Part shown: one piece after another, positions 44,440 to 60,164 of the stretch | Numbering within the stretch: position 1 is the first letter of the stretch | How the letters are laid out: each line of letters opens with the position of its first letter | Assembly (NCBI RefSeq): GCF_009914755.1 | Contig: NC_060934.1 | From: the human T2T-CHM13v2.0 reference genome, Homo sapiens | DNA length: 64,000 nucleotides | Strand: one strand, 5' to 3' | Translations under genes and position numbers: made by a program | The notes under the pieces: model-generated | What the model saw: the letters and a program-made list of their open reading frames with translations, nothing else | Told to the model about the DNA's origin: nothing | Database searches by the model: none

Positions 44440-44640
44440 AATATTTATTATGAACCAGGCCTATGTTCCTGCATTTAATCTTCATAATAACCTCATGATC
44501 CAGGTAATGAGATTTCTTCTATTTATAGGTGAGAAAAGTAAAGGTTAGACAGGTTAGTTTCTCAATATCACAGAGATAGTATACAGTTAAGATGTGAACC
44601 TGGAATATTCTAAACTCAAGACAATGGATAACCACTACAC
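44440..44640 (-). mobile_element. MIR
   Basis: CATTTAATCTTCATAATAACCTCATGA...TTTATAGGTGAGAAAAGTAAAGGTTAGACAGGTTA. Confidence 0.7.
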
Positions 44641-47529
44641 TTATTTTTCAACTCTAGCTGTCCAAGGGCCCCACCATTGTTCAACCTAAGGGCTGAAACT
44701 GTCATTTGATTTAAAAATGAATAGCTATTATCTTAACCCAATCATCATATCAAATTTTTCTCAGTTGTTATAACAATTGCTCATAACAGATGAGATAGGA
44801 AGATTAAAACAAATATACAATCAAGGTTCAATAATGATTTCTAGAGCTGGATTGCTGGAGTTATCTGATAGCCTATCTAATGCAAACCTTGGGCTTACAT
44901 ATACAGGAACTGAGACTCGGAGGAATTAAAGGAATTGTTGGACATCGCAGATGGGATTTGGTGAATCCCAGCATACGGTGTAAATATGACCTTTGTTTCA
45001 ACAACTGACTCCACTATTCTTAACTTCCACTGTTACTCATGACTGTTTGATATAATTCTCAGTCTCATGCTTCATGAACTCAATCCTTCCAGGCTTCTCC
45101 TGAGCTTTACTTACTTCACAGCACCCACCATAGACATGGATGTGAACGCTTGTGGGTCTCCTCCCAGCTTTGGATGACTTCCCCTAGCCTCCCCAGCTCC
45201 ATAGCCCTTCTCTTCCCCACTCAGACAGGCAGCATTTGCCTTCTACTTTTTCCACATTACTGTTCCAACCCAATCTATTTCCCGAGGCTGTCCTGCTAAA
45301 TCAGGTCTTTGATGTCTTCTGTTTCACTTACCCCTTTGGCCCCTACACAAAAGAAAAACATCAACCAAGAGGCAGCAGTGAGTTTCCACCATATTTCTTA
45401 TATTCCAAATGACACATATGGAGTCCTCCCTGTCTTTACCTCTGAAGGTGAAAGCTAATTTTTAAGCCTTATTTAATACATACTAAAATTGCCACTTTAA
45501 TAAAGTTCTTCATCTGCTGGAGATCTCTTTTTCTATTTAGATTTTTTGCAGACCAAAAAAAAAAAAATTGTCTTAAGGGTCTAGGTATTTGTGCCTATGA
45601 ATAATACAGATAAATTTAGAACCAAACATAAAGGCTACAAAAGATAATTCACAGTATTTCCTTATCAATTCACAAAGATTCAAGAAAAACCCAAACTCTT
45701 TTATTTCTGCCTTTCTTATAAACAAAATCATGGAGTTAAATTAACTTAATCATTAGCTTTTCTGTGCAGAGATTAATTAATTCTCTTTTGTATCAGATTC
45801 AAAACACAGGATATAAAACTAGCTAGCAGTTTACATTTTTGGTTGTTCTTGTGAAGTTTTCCATTTAATTCTAAAATCTTTTGCATAGCAGGTAATACCA
45901 CTTTAAAAGAAGCAAGCATTTTATTAAAGTGAGACTCCTGCACAGGGGGAACAACATAGAAGCTGTGATCTGAGATGACAGTTGGTTTACTCTTACCATT
46001 TGATCACAAAATTTCTCTGCCATCTGTGGGAAGCCACACAGGCAAATGTGTCATCACATCTAATAATGAAAAGAAAAAACAGACAGAACGTGCTGGAGAA
46101 ACAGACTGCTTTAATTACCCCCTCACAATGCTCCTTGAGAATCTGGAGAAAAAGCATTGTGCATGCAAGTTATTTATACAAAGAAGGTAGCCAGCACTGA
46201 AGATTTTTTCAAAAAAAATTAGGATGCATGCCCTTGTATTTTCAGCATGACCAGTTGGGGCGGAAACAAATGTATAGCAAAGGTTGTGGAAGAAATCTTG
46301 TGAAAAACAGATTGGCTAAGAAAATAAATAGTATGATGATCGTCTATAATTCACTATTTATGTGCTGGAATCTCAAAATTGGATTCTTCAAATTCGAATA
46401 GAACCTGTACTACAGCTCTGTGGTGGGAATGTTGGAAGACGCTGGAGGTACAAAACCAGTTCCAAGACACAAAGTCTTGACCTACCCGATGTCTAAAGGT
46501 GAAACAGTCATTGGCCCCCAAGACTTTTCATTTTCCTTTTCAAGCCCAAACCTCATGACCCATGATGTAAGTGTTCTTAACCTCTATACCATAGGTGTTC
46601 TCAGAAAGATATAAGAGCACCGCAGTCTTTTCCTTTATTCGAGAATAATATGAGTTATATCCTGGGTAGCTAAAAGAGATGCGAGTGGTACAGTGACTCA
46701 TGACCTAACCCTCAACAGTGTAATTGCTATGGACTCAAGACAATTACAGTCATTTTCCTGTCTTCACTCTGAGATCAGTACAAGTTATATAATTTCCCTA
46801 TCCAAAAAAGAACCATTTCTTATCACTTTCCATTCCATTTCTGTTCAATTTCCATTTTATTTCTGTTCTCATCTACCCCAGCTGTCTTAATACCTCCACT
46901 AACCACCACCTCCTACCTCCTACCAATCCAGTAGCTTCTCCTGTCTGCAACAGGCCAATCTTCCCACAACCATCTCGCTAAGTGACATTGGGACTGTAGT
47001 GTTGACGTGAATGGGAAAGAGGCAAGAGGAGCCTGAGGAAGCGACAGATGAATGGTCTGTAGACAAAGAGATAGTTACATGCAAGATATGAGACTTACAG
47101 TCAATGTATTATGGAATGGTTGCATCTGTGTGTGTCCCGAGACTTCATTTTCACACTGACTTGTGTTGGTCTCCCTCTGAAACTTTATTTAAACTTTATT
47201 TTTTCAATCAAACTATTTTTGAGCACCAGCTATATGCTATGTTCTAGCACACAAGAGAGAGAAAAAAAAATTTTTAAAGATCATTGACCACAGAAACTCA
47301 CAGTCTAGTTACACCGAACCAAAATTACAATGGAGCCCTTTTCCTAGCATTTTTTTCCATTTGATGTATTATGAAAGTAATATATAACATTGCAAAGCCC
47401 TGTAAAAATGTTAACACGTAAAAAAATGTTTAAAATGGCATATGATATATAAATGTATCTAAGTAGAAAATGTTTTCCTCTAGACCAATACATTAAAAAA
47501 ATTTATTGTAAGATTGTAATTTTTTTCAA

Positions 47530-48185
<656 letters not shown>

Positions 48186-49099
48186 ATATTCAAGCCAAGT
48201 ACAGATAAATTTTGACTTGTTTTCCATTTAACACATGTCACGATTGTTTCATTTTATTTTAAATTTTATAAGAAAAAGCATAATCTGTCAACACATGAAT
48301 TTAATTATGACATGTTTGGTTTGGGGATTAAATATATATTAAAATGTAAATTAAAATTTAAATACACATTAAGCACTATTTTAAAAAGCAAAAATTGTTT
48401 GCGGCATCTGATATTTGGTATTTTTGCATTCTGTACTTTTAAAAAAAAACAGGTTTCAGATTCTTATTTGCAAGTGCATTTCTGCAAGCAACAGCTTGTG
48501 AGGGGAAAGTCTTAATCCCCAAAAAATAAAAATTCAAATTGGAAATAATCATCAATATGGCTTCTTTTTATATTGGGTTTTGAAGCACTGGTTTTATCTT
48601 GAAGGTCAACATAAGACATTTGATCATGTGACTAATGGCTCTCGTGAAGTTCATATTGAGGTGAATTTAGAGACTTCGCATCCTTTCTATGTCCCTATTA
48701 ATTTATTGGATTACAAAACCAGGTTTCCTTGTATTTCACAGAATTCATCAAGCTTATTATAGATTTAAATTAATCAATATATGACCTATAATTCAAAAGC
48801 ACACACATGAGCCTAAGCTGTATAATGGTCATTTACCACCACAAAGTGCGTAGCAGGGCTCAGCTGGATTAAAAAACCACTGGCATTACTGACTCCAGGT
48901 CATGGTTTCCAGATCTTCAATAACTGCCCCTCATAATCATCAATCTGCATTTGGAAACTCTCCAGTGAGTCTATTTTAAAGAGAAGAAAGGGTTGAATTT
49001 TTTTACTATGTGACACATTAAATAATTATCTTACCACTGTCTAGACACCACTACCGAATTTAACACTGAACCACCTTTGGGAAACTCAAGTTGGGAAAT

Positions 49100-49510
49100 G
49101 CTGCAGTTCAGCAACTTGATGGCAAAGCAAGAGCTATTGTGGAAGTTACTGCTGGACTCAATGGAGTCAGAGAGGAGGAACCCATACCCAGTGAAGCCTT
49201 CCAAGAGTTTGTCTAAAAGGTAAGTAAGAAATAGGCCAGTTAAAGAAGAGGAAGGAGCATCTCCACAAAAAGCACAGAGCCATAAAGGGGCTTAACGGGT
49301 TTAAGGAACAGTCTGTGGTTCAGCGTAGTGAGTCTAGATGTGAATCAGGGAAAGATAAGGGAAGAGGATGGCAGATTCCCAAGAACCTCGTATGCCAAGC
49401 AAAAAGTTTGGATTTTATCCAGAAGTGGTGGGGAGCCACCAAAAGGTTTCATTATGGCTATAAAGTACTTCAACTGATGTGTTAGAAAAATCACTGGGCC
49501 TAGGAGGGTA
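49100..49510 (-). mobile_element. L2 fragment
   Basis: TGCCAAGCAAAAAGTTTGGATTTTATCC...TGGGGAGCCACCAAAAGGTTT...TTAGAAAAATCACT. Confidence 0.6.
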
Positions 49511-49901
49511 AGGACTAGATACCAATAATATCTTGTTTTTATTCTAACACCTATGCAATATGATTTACAAGACTTAGGGTGATCTAGAGAGCCTTTGCTA
49601 AAATAAGGCTTTCCTCCTTTTTTTCTATCCTCCTGCATATTCCAGTTAGAAGAAAGCATTCTCTTTATGCATTCTTGCTTAAAAATCACTAAAATCACCA
49701 AAATAGTGCAATAAGTATTATCAGTTTTTAAGATCTTTATGAATTATATCATTTTTCTCCTAAAGGGAAGCCAGTGATGTAGATGGGAAAAGGGACAGTT
49801 TGCAGAGGCATGGTAATGAGTAGCCCATCCTGAAAGAATGGTCAATTTTGTGTCATAAGAAGAAGACAGCAGGCCGAGAATTCCTGAAAGATATCAGAAA
49901 C

Positions 49902-50341
49902 TGTGAAGAGTCCAAAATGTTACCCTACATTCAAGCTAACAACTTAACGTGCTGTAATTTCAAGGATGCAGGCAGAAGACCTAAGACTCCTGGGCCAGAG
50001 ACAAAGGGCATTTTACCCACTGCAATAGCAATAGCCACAGTATTATCACTTTCTTGTTTCTTTCCTTGACTCCCAGTTCCTACAGGACAACACAACAAGG
50101 GCCAGGTAATACCTGCTGATGCAGTCGGTTGAGTTGCAGGAGAGGAACCCCGAGTTTAGGAAACCCCCATCTTTTATAATAGGCAGCAAACAAAGTGTCC
50201 ACTGTTTGCTCTAGAGGGAGACATTATCTCTGAACCCAAGGCACCTTACTACAAAGAGATGTCTGAAAAGATGGTCCAGAACAAAACACTCTTCCTAAAG
50301 ACATGCTGAAAGGCTGGAGATCCATAAATTATATCACAACA
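49902..50341 (-). mobile_element. Old ERV solo LTR (family uncertain)
   Basis: TG...CA termini; TTACCCTAC..CAAGCTAACAA...GGCAGAAGAC..AGACTCCTGGG.CAGAGACAAAGG resembles an ERVL/ERV1-class LTR; lies within a MIR-like remnant. Confidence 0.55.
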
Positions 50342-51357
50342 GGAGCTAACTGTGTGTCCTTAATCAAGTTATTTGTCTTTATTGAGCTTGTTTCCTTACG
50401 GATAAATTAAGGAGATCATTAACCAACTCATAGGATAGTCTGAAATAAAATATTATTTCAAACTCAAAACCAGCAAAATGGTGAGCTTTTTATTTTTGTA
50501 TTATGTTTGAGCGTTTTCTGATAACACTGCTAAAAATGTAAGTTTCTTCTCACCAAATATTGCACTAATAAGCCACAACCAATAAAAACATAGGTGATTC
50601 CAACCCAGAAAACTTAAATGTTAACCTCTGAAATTAATAAGATATAGAAAGTTAATTAATTGTGTCTGTAACCTAGCAATTGTACTTAGTGATTCCTTTT
50701 CTGTCTTTTTAAATCCTTGTTCCTAAAATGTTCTTTGAGCTTGCTCATTTGTTTTCTCAGTGGTGGCCTCATTAGGGAATTATTTAAAAATTTTACAGAT
50801 GCTAACATATAAATTTGTATGAAAAGTTTGATTGTAAGTTTCTTATGAGCATTAAATAATATATAAACTATCTGGAGGTATCTAGAGAATAGTGAGCATT
50901 CAATAAATATTAGTTCTTTCCTATAATTTTAACATCCTACAACTTAGGTGCCATAAATCATACCAAGATTAACGTTTTGTAATTAAAATCATAAAGCCAT
51001 ATTTTTCTAAAAGTTTTAAAATAATGACCATTTTCACCAGTTTCCGTATATTTTCAGAATCAAGGTAATTGATTGTAATGACTCGTGAAAAATAATACTT
51101 TAAGGCCACCATTAGCTAAGACAGATTTATAACTAGAGCATTATTTTTAATTATCTCTATCTTCACATTCCCTTTTCAGGAGGCTGGTATCTCTCTTTCC
51201 CACGTAAGTCCATCTCTTCAGTTTCAGGGATGGAGAGAGGAAGATGTAACCTTGGAAGCGGAAGGACACAATTTATAGGATAATCCCACTCATGACAAAA
51301 GAGGAAGGTAAACATGTCTGCTCCCCCGACCCCGGTTGTTTGTGGGGGAAAGAGGAG

Positions 51358-51700
51358 TATACCAGTTTGTTTTCACACTGCTGATAAAGACATAACCGAG
51401 ACTAGATAATTTATAAAGAAAAAGAGGTTGAATGGACTAACAGTTCCACATGGCTGGGGAGGTCTCACAATCATGGCAGCAGGCAAGAGAGAATGAGAGT
51501 CAAGTGAAAGGGGAAACCCCTTATAAAAACATCAGATCCCGTGAGAGTTATTCACTACCACGAGAATAGTGTGGGGGAAACTGCTCCCATGATTCAATTA
51601 TCACTCACCACATCCCTCCCACAACATGCGCAACATGCGGAGATTATGGGAGCTACAATTCAAGATGAGATTTAGGTGGGGACACAGGCAAACCGTATCA
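51358..51700 (-). mobile_element. THE1B solo LTR
   Basis: CTGCTGATAAAGACATA...TACAATTCAAGATGAGATTTAGGTGGGGACACAGGCAAACCGTATCA; TSD AGGAG/AGGAA. Confidence 0.93.
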
Positions 51701-53219
51701 AGGAATTACAGAGTTAAGAGTGGGAGGCAGTTGGATGCCTGTGTTGCTATCTGCAGTGCAGGGCTTGAAGCCTAGGCACCAAGAGGGGGCCGGTTAGATT
51801 GGTTGAAAGGGACATGGAGACCAGAAGGGCTTCTTTCCAGTTCCTTCTTTGTGGGGAACATTGGGATCAGAGAGGGTTCTAAGCTCATTTCAGAAGCCCC
51901 AACATACTTAAATGAACATGGCTAGAAAAACTGAAGATTGAATTTACTAATCATTCCTTGCTTCTCATTTGTCTCAGGATTAAGGTGAAAGCTAAAGAAC
52001 CTATTCTTGAGCCTAGTATGGTCCACGTAGGGTGGCCTCACAGCAAAGCCTTTGGGGTGGTGGACATGAGCCAGGGGCAGATGACAGATGTGGCAGTGAC
52101 TCAGAGGAGTCTTCAAAACCCATGAAGGCTAAGGGGAAGCCAAGTCATTAGGGCGGATCCTCCAGGGTCCAGAGACACTAGAAAAGCATAGACTACGAAT
52201 GAGTTTATCCACCATAGATGTCAACAACAGCTATCAATAGGCTCCCTAGGATCAGAACTGGCTGAGGCAAGCTTCAGTTGAGCTCCGTTCGCATCGGTCA
52301 CCACACGCTCCCCTCCCAACTCCAGAAAGCCTGTGGCCCCTCCCATGCTTTGGCTGCCATCTTGGAAAGGAGGGCGACAAGGTAGAGCAATCTGAAACAC
52401 AGAGCAGTTGTCCAAAGAATCGAGTTAAGGCCCCCAAAACAGATAAAATTATCTTGTCTTGCTGTGATTCAGATTAAACTAAGACTTCTTTTCCTGTTTA
52501 CTCAAGATGTAGACACTTGATGAGAAACTGGTCTGGAGAAATCTAGGAGCTATATTGTCTTTGGACATCCATATTAGAGGATGAGTAAATTTGTAATCCC
52601 ATTAAGTATTTTTTGAGCTTTCCAACAGTTTTAATTATTATTGGGAAATAAATCAGAGAAGTCTCTAAAGCAACAAAGAATTATTGAGGTTTCGTTTGTT
52701 TGGGGATTTTAAGGTCTAGTACTGTGGTATTTTTTGATAAAGCATCAGCTGTAATAGCTTTGTAGTACAGTTATCAAATTAAATAAAAAGGGATGTAAGT
52801 AGTCATAAAAATTGCTCATTAAAGCTGATCGCCTTTTTTTAAATGCCACCAAAGCTTTGGAGGGTGGAGAATAACCCAGTTGAAAATCTACAAGCAATGC
52901 TGTCCACATCCCAAATAGACTGGTCAAAAAGCCTTCATCCCGTCAGTCACTGACATCAACTTCATCCAAATCAGACTCCTAAAAACCCGGCCTAACTTAT
53001 GTGTCATGCAAAGGATGGCTCTTGGAAAAATGCAAAGGTATGTCGTAATTTAGAACCCGGTCATTTGAAAACTTGATTATAAGGTAAAATATGCAGAAGC
53101 TTTAGGAAAGGTATAAAAATGTCATGCAAATAGGGTACTGGGTTGGGGAAGAGCTGAGATCAAATAAAATTTTCTCATAAAGTGTGCTGCTATATTTTCA
53201 TGAACTGAGAGGCATGGAG

Positions 53220-53460
53220 ATGGTGACAGTGAAGGCACAGGGCCTAACGCCACACAGCTGGTCTAGAATCCAGCTTTCCCTCTTCCTGACCTTCAGAAAG
53301 TCACTCAACCTCTTAGTGAATGTCCGGATTTTCTCATTTGTAAATAGGAACAATATTAGTACTGACTTCACTGGTTGCTGTAAGAATCAAGTGTTAAGAT
53401 GTATCAAGTGCTCAGAAGACTGCCTAGCATGTACTTATGTAAGTTTCAGCTGTCATTATC
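53220..53460 (+). mobile_element. MIR
   Basis: AAGTCACTCAACCTC...TTTTCTCATTTGTAAATAGGAACAATA...GGTTGCTGTAAGAATCAAGTG...TGCCTAGCA. Confidence 0.75.
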
Positions 53461-53481
53461 GTTCTTTCATTAATATTTTTA

Positions 53482-53902
<421 letters not shown>

Positions 53903-54389
53903 TCACAGGTGCCTGCCCTCACAGTGTTCTCAATCTAATAACTGGCATGAATTAGACGGTACATCCTTGGATGTTTTCCAGCTACCAGATCGATAGGTTG
54001 TAACATGAATATGAATTGTGTTTTAAATCTAAATTGCAACACGTGTTGAGAAAATTGAAAAAACTAGGTTGCCTTCATACTGTCTTCTGAGAAGACCCAA
54101 GTTTTGAGCAGTGATTTCTCTAAGGGAAGAGGTGAAAGGAATTAGAGAAAGAGGAAAGAAAGAGAAGATGGGAACACTTAGTATGTCTTTTCAAAGATCA
54201 ATCTCTTCAAAGGTTGGCAATAGGCAAGTAAGATGTTGGGCAGACAAGCTTGCAAATGGCAAGCTCCGTAGCTGTCTAAAATGCTTGGAAAATTGAGAAT
54301 CTCAAGCAGGTTAAGAATTATCCTTTTTTAGAACACATGGAAAAAGTGGGAAAAAAATACTTTTCCTTTTGCTCTTGTTATCAACACAA

Positions 54390-54429
54390 TTAGCAAACCA
54401 TTTAGAACTTTAGCAAACCATTTAGAGCT
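54390..54429. repeat. 20-bp tandem duplication with one mismatch
   Basis: TTAGCAAACCATTTAGAACT followed by TTAGCAAACCATTTAGAGCT. Confidence 0.9.
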
Positions 54430-55860
54430 TAAGAGAAACAAGAAAAAGTTCAAACTGGCCCATCTTTATATTACAACAAACCTTGAGGTCACATTTATTT
54501 ATACTTGACCCAACAGCTATGGTTCCTGAAATACATCTTCTGAGAGCTATAATGTGACATTCTTCCAGAATGATCAAGTAACAATGGTCTTCTCCTGATT
54601 CACTTAAGGAAAAAGATGTAACAAATTTGTGCATAGAATTCTCTCATTTAAGTTCTTCTTCCATACATTTTCTTTACTGTTTGTTGCTTATGACTGTTCA
54701 CCTGATAACAAATGGCAGTGCAATTAAATCATTCAATAAGTGAGTGAAAGTTAATGAAAAACCTGAAAACTGACCGGGCTCAGCTTGTTTATTTTCGTGG
54801 ACATGTGGGCTATGATTTTACAGAGCACATATGTTATATTGTTCTATTTCTGTGTCCCACTTGTCCACTTGGCATAACCACACATGCTGGTATTTCATAG
54901 GGTTGCACATCCCATAACGTTCAGGAGCTCAGACATATGAACAAGTCTGAAGCTACGACAGTATATGCTCTTGATGCTTTAATACAATCTGAGAGCCTAT
55001 GTTTCCATGCCCAAGGGCTCTCCTGCCAACTTTGCAGCCTATTTGAGAAGCTGCAGGATGATAAGCAACCATTAGCATCAGCTGTGCTATTTGTGATCCA
55101 AAGAGACTCATCCACCGGGAACAGGACCGAGAACACTGTATCCCAGAACATTGCATCCTTGGTCTTGAAATGAACAGCAGCTTGATTTGATTGCAAAGCA
55201 CAGTGGAAGAATTTGGAAAAGCATATTGTAGCTTGAATTCCATGGGGTCTGTCCACCTTCCTAAAACCCTTTTAATTATTAGGGAGGCATTACCAAAGTT
55301 GGAATGATCTGCAGTATATGGCACGTCAAACAAGAAAGCTTAGCTTCCACATCTACGTGGTAACCTTGGGGAAATTATTAAACCATGCTCAGTGAAATGC
55401 AAGGGGAAGCTGATAATGATGCCTGTCCCACACATACTGTACAGGGATTTGGAGGAGGAGAAGGAAATAATTTCTGTACTAAAAATCTCCAGCCTCAACA
55501 GCTTGGGACAACAAAACAAGATTATACTTGCTAATTTCCAGAAATTTGCCTGCCTCAAAGAGGCCCCCAGTTTCTAGGGCATTTCCCAGGAACCTTCCTC
55601 TAAAACTGCATGCTATTGATAACACGAAAGCAGAACCAAGACCAAGTTCAGGCTTTGCCAAGGCTTTATGATATTCAGAATAACTTAAGAGTGAGAACCA
55701 GCTATTCAAAGAGCCTGTAAACCTAAACTGACTTTGGGTGTTGTCTCTCACTTTTTGATTCCAACCGCTCCTGATTTTCTGTCTTCTTCTTAACTAAGAC
55801 TTACTGAGTGCTGTTAAGTTTTCAATGGATAAGCTATGTCTCAACTTTTCAATACCTTGT

Positions 55861-56154
55861 TGCGGTGGCTCCGCCTGCAGTCCCAGCACTTTGGGAGGCT
55901 GAGGCAGGAGGATTGTTTAAAGCCAGGAGTTTAAGACCAGCCTAGGCAATATAGTGAGACCCTGCCTGCACAAAAAAATTTTAAAAAATTCACCAGGCTT
56001 AATGGTGTGCTCCTGTAGCCCAGCTACTTAGGAGGCTAAGGTGGGAGGATCACTTGAGCCTGAGAGGTCGAGGCTGCAGTGAGAAATGATGGTGCCACTG
56101 CACTCCAGCCAGGATGACAGAGTGACTGACACTCAGCCAAAAAAAAAAAAAAAA
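55861..56154 (+). mobile_element. AluJ-like
   Basis: GAGGTCGAGGCTGCAGTGAG..ATGATGG; A-tail. Confidence 0.92.
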
Positions 56155-56595
56155 GTATGCACCAGGAAGACAAAATATAATGCCTTATTCACTAACGCAT
56201 GTTGAAGTATATGTACATATATACACAGAATTGTAGGCCTGTACCTATTTCTAAGCCATATCCTGTACATGATGTGGTTTCAACATTCCAGAAACCTAGA
56301 AGTCCACAATCCTGCTCAGCCTTGTCTTCAGTTTCTGATCTTGAACAGTCTTTCAAAGACCACAGCCATGAGAAGGTCAACTAGAGCATCTAAAGAAGCA
56401 AAAGTTATGAGTCTCAAGTCTATGGCTAATTTACTTCAAAGCCTGATCTTCAGAGAAAGATATGAGAATAAGGAAAGATTTCTAATGTGTTATTCTATTG
56501 TGTTTTATCATTTTGCACCTTTTTTTCTTGTTTCTCATCTGTCTTACTCACTTTGGTCTATAAGCTGTGTGAGAACAGAAAATATAACTATCTTA

Positions 56596-56897
56596 GGGCA
56601 GGCGTGGCAGATCACACCTGTAATGCCAGCACTTTGGGAGGCCAAGGCGGGCAGATCACTTGAGGTCAGGAGTTCAAGACCAGCCTGGCCAACATGGCAA
56701 AACCTCATCTCAATTAAAACTACAAAAATTACCCGGGCATCATGGCACACACCTGTAATCCCAGCTACTCAGGGGCTGAGGCAGGAGAATTGCTTGAACC
56801 CAGGAGACAGAGGTTGCAGTGAGTTGAGATCATGCCACTGCACTCCAGCCTACATGACAAAGTGAGACTCTGTCTCAATTTAAAAAAAAAAAAAAAA
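56596..56897 (+). mobile_element. AluSz/Sx-like
   Basis: Full Alu; TSD AAAATATAACTAT on both sides. Confidence 0.95.
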
Positions 56898-57031
56898 GAA
56901 AAAATATAACTATTTTGCTCATTAATGTGTACCCAGAAATTAGGTCTAGCCCGTAGTGGGCAGTCAGACAATCTTACTAAAATGACTGACTGGTCTAGGG
57001 GAGAAGGGAATAGAAAGAAAAATTAGTCCAC

Positions 57032-57401
57032 TGATACAGTTTGGCTGTGTCCCCAGCCAAATCTCACGTTGAATTGTAGTTCCCATAATCCCCACATGTT
57101 GTGGGAGAGACCTGCTAGGAGATAATTTAATCATGGGGTGATTATCCTAATGGTGTTCTCCTGATAGTGAGTTCTCACGGGATCTGATGGTTTTATAAGG
57201 GGCTTTTCCCCCCTTTTGCTCAGCACTTCTCCTGCTGCCACCAGGTCCAGAAGGGCATGTTTGCTTCCCCTTCCGCTATGATTGTAAGTTTACTGAGGCC
57301 TCCTAAGCTATGCTGAACTGTGCATCAATTAAACCTCTTTCCTTCATAAATTACCAAGTCTCAATATGTCTTTATTAGCAGCGTGAGAACAGACTAACAC
57401 A
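57032..57401 (+). mobile_element. THE1C solo LTR
   Basis: TGATACAGTTTGGCTGTGTCCCC...GAGAACAGACTAACACA; 5-bp TSD TCCAC at 57027-57031 and 57402-57406. Confidence 0.94.
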
Positions 57402-57551
57402 TCCACCCATGGAATAAGAGGGAGATGAGTAAACTAGCTAGGAGGTTAGCGAGCACAAATGCGGGAACCATTCTGCAGCATGGCCACTTGAGTAGCAAGA
57501 TAATGCTGGGAGGGTGGAAGAAGGAGAACTTGGGACTGGGAAACCATTGAT

Positions 57552-57836
57552 GGCTGAGCACAGTGGCTCACATCTGCAATCCCAGCACTATGGGAGGCTG
57601 AGGCAGGAGTATGGATTGAGGCCAGGAGTTTGAGACCAGCCTGGGCAACATATAGTGAGACCCACGACTCTACAAAAAAATTTAAAAATTAGTCAGACAT
57701 GGTGGCATGCACCTGTAGTCACAGCTACTCAGGGGACTGAGGCAGGAGGACCCCTTAAGCCCAGGAGTTTGAGGCCGTAGTGAACTAGAGTCACGCCACT
57801 ACCCTCAAGCCTGGGGTGAGGCTCTGTCTCAAAAAT
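57552..57836 (+). mobile_element. AluJo-like
   Basis: Diverged dimer with GGAGTTTGAGGCCGTAGTGA. Confidence 0.9.
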
Positions 57837-59277
57837 GCTTGTTTTTTGTTTTTTTTAATTTTTAAAAAGAGAGAAAATTAGGGCATTTTCTAGGTAAATA
57901 GTAAGGAGATAAGCTTAGTGACTTTTCTGCCCTCACAAAGCCAGTTAGCAGGCAATGTAGAGAAGAAAGCGGACCACCTAAGTCCTGGTTAACTACCTTT
58001 TTTCTCAGAAGCAGGGGCCGCTAAGGGAGAGATGTGAAGGTCAAGGAAGCTCTGAGCTCCTGACAGCCGCCCTTCCAGCCTTCTCCTGCCTTCCATAGAG
58101 AGATGCTATGGACTCTTGGTCCAGAGACTCAAATTCAAGGAAAAGAAGAGGCAACATTTGCAGTGTTGATCCTTGAGTTGAACAAAGGTGAGAGATAAGG
58201 GAAGAGGGTCACAGGGGCTGGGTGAGAAGTAATGTGGAGAGGGTGTGATGCTGGCGAGTTGGAAGGGACAGTGGTTGGGGAAGGTTCTGGGCTTCCGGAA
58301 AGAGCAACTGTGCCGCGTTGTCAGTGTAGCAGCTGGAGAGTGTGGGAGGACTTTAGGGAGACCACAGAGGGGGAGTTATAGGAAACACAGCAGCACTGGG
58401 AAGCTGTTGCCTGCTATGCAGCAAGGCCATGAGGCCCTGGGCCCTCCAGCCAGTCCCTGATCATGAGTTTGCGGCCTTGTTAGGCCCTGGCCGCGATGCC
58501 TCATGATCCTGCTGATGTTTCTGCCTTCTCTCCAGCCAGCAGCCAGCCCCTCTCAGGGGCTTCTCACTCCACTCCATCAGAAGCATACCTCAAGCACCCA
58601 TTTGCATGGTCTCCTTTTTAATTCCCAAAGTTCAAAATCTCCACCTCCGTATCTTGTGCCACTCTAGCAGTTGCTGCTTACCCTAAAGCCAGCAAATTAC
58701 AATGACAAGAACAGAATTTCTCTTATGCTTAAAAAAAACTTAAATAAAGTCTATACAATATAAGGGTGAGAGAAGGTGGCATTTCCACAGACTTAGATAA
58801 TAGGTGCCCTATGACAGAATGATCCTCTAATCTATCCTGGAAGCTACAAATTCTACTTGCAAAGTGATCTGTAACCACCTTGGCCCACCTGAAGGTGACA
58901 GTCCAGAAATGCAGCTCAATTTTGTGGTAATCCTGAGGTCACAAATAAGCTGTTTTTGTGCATGCGACTGTATCCTTTGGTGTTTGCTCTATTTGTAAAC
59001 TGTGTCAGTATGATCGCTTGTAGCATCTTGGAATTATCTGGAAATATTTTTCAGAGCAACCTCAGAATGCTTTTCACAAATGTCATTCCCTTATTCTTTG
59101 AGGACTTTCATTGAGAAGACTCTTAGGGGCTGGCATAAAGTAAAATCCATTCTTTTCTTCAAAGCACTTCCTAGTTCCAGGAGATTCTCTTTGCACGTAT
59201 ACAGACTCTCCTTCCCTTCCAGGTAGAAGCTGTCTCCGTGGTTTCCTCTCTGCACCCACTATTCTGAGCCCATTTCC

Positions 59278-59315
59278 TCCTGGGACTGTCCCTTCCTGGG
59301 ACTGTCCTTTCCTGG
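59278..59315. repeat. 16-bp tandem repeat, about 2.4 copies
   Basis: TCCTGGGACTGTCCCT TCCTGGGACTGTCCTT TCCTGG. Confidence 0.88.
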
Positions 59316-59368
59316 CTCCTTGGATCTGTCACCCCCTGGCCACACTTCTATTCTTTCCCTTTGCTTGA

Positions 59369-59701
<333 letters not shown>

Positions 59702-60164
59702 CAGATGGGGAAGACTTCATCAAATATTCTCTCCTCCGTTTTTTCTCCTTGACTTCCTAAAAACTAAAACATGAAAAATATAAGTCCAAAGTGAAATTCT
59801 GGACTAATTTTTCAGAGCTCCTAGTCACTAGGAGACAGCTGCTTCAACATTTTAAATGTATTACCTTATTTCAGAAAAGCAAACATTATAACTTTAAGCA
59901 GGAACACCCCTGAGTTGCTTGGCATCATTTTTAAAATCTGATTTAAAACTACTTGATGAGCCAAATGTTGTGTTATGTGGACTTAGGTTCTGTCTTTTTT
60001 ATGCTCAGTCCTCAATATTCAGTGAGAATCCATGAAAAGAAGATAAATGAGGACATGTCTTTGAGAAAATACAACATTTAAAGACAGAAAAATGTAAAAT
60101 ATAAAGACTGAGAGGGACCATATAGAGGGTCAGGAGGAAAGACAGAGGATGTGGTTTCCAGATG

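Noticed and set aside
51779-51790. CTCF-like CCAAGAGGGGGC
   Set aside because: Two mismatches to the core and no supporting context; cannot be called without ChIP data
54921-55333. Three overlapping ORFs (78-126 aa) in repeat-free DNA
   Set aside because: No domain, no convincing exon boundaries, no processed-pseudogene hallmarks (poly(A), TSD); could still be non-coding regulatory DNA
56269-56865. 198-aa ORF
   Set aside because: Chance read-through from unique sequence into a sense Alu; no recognisable domain
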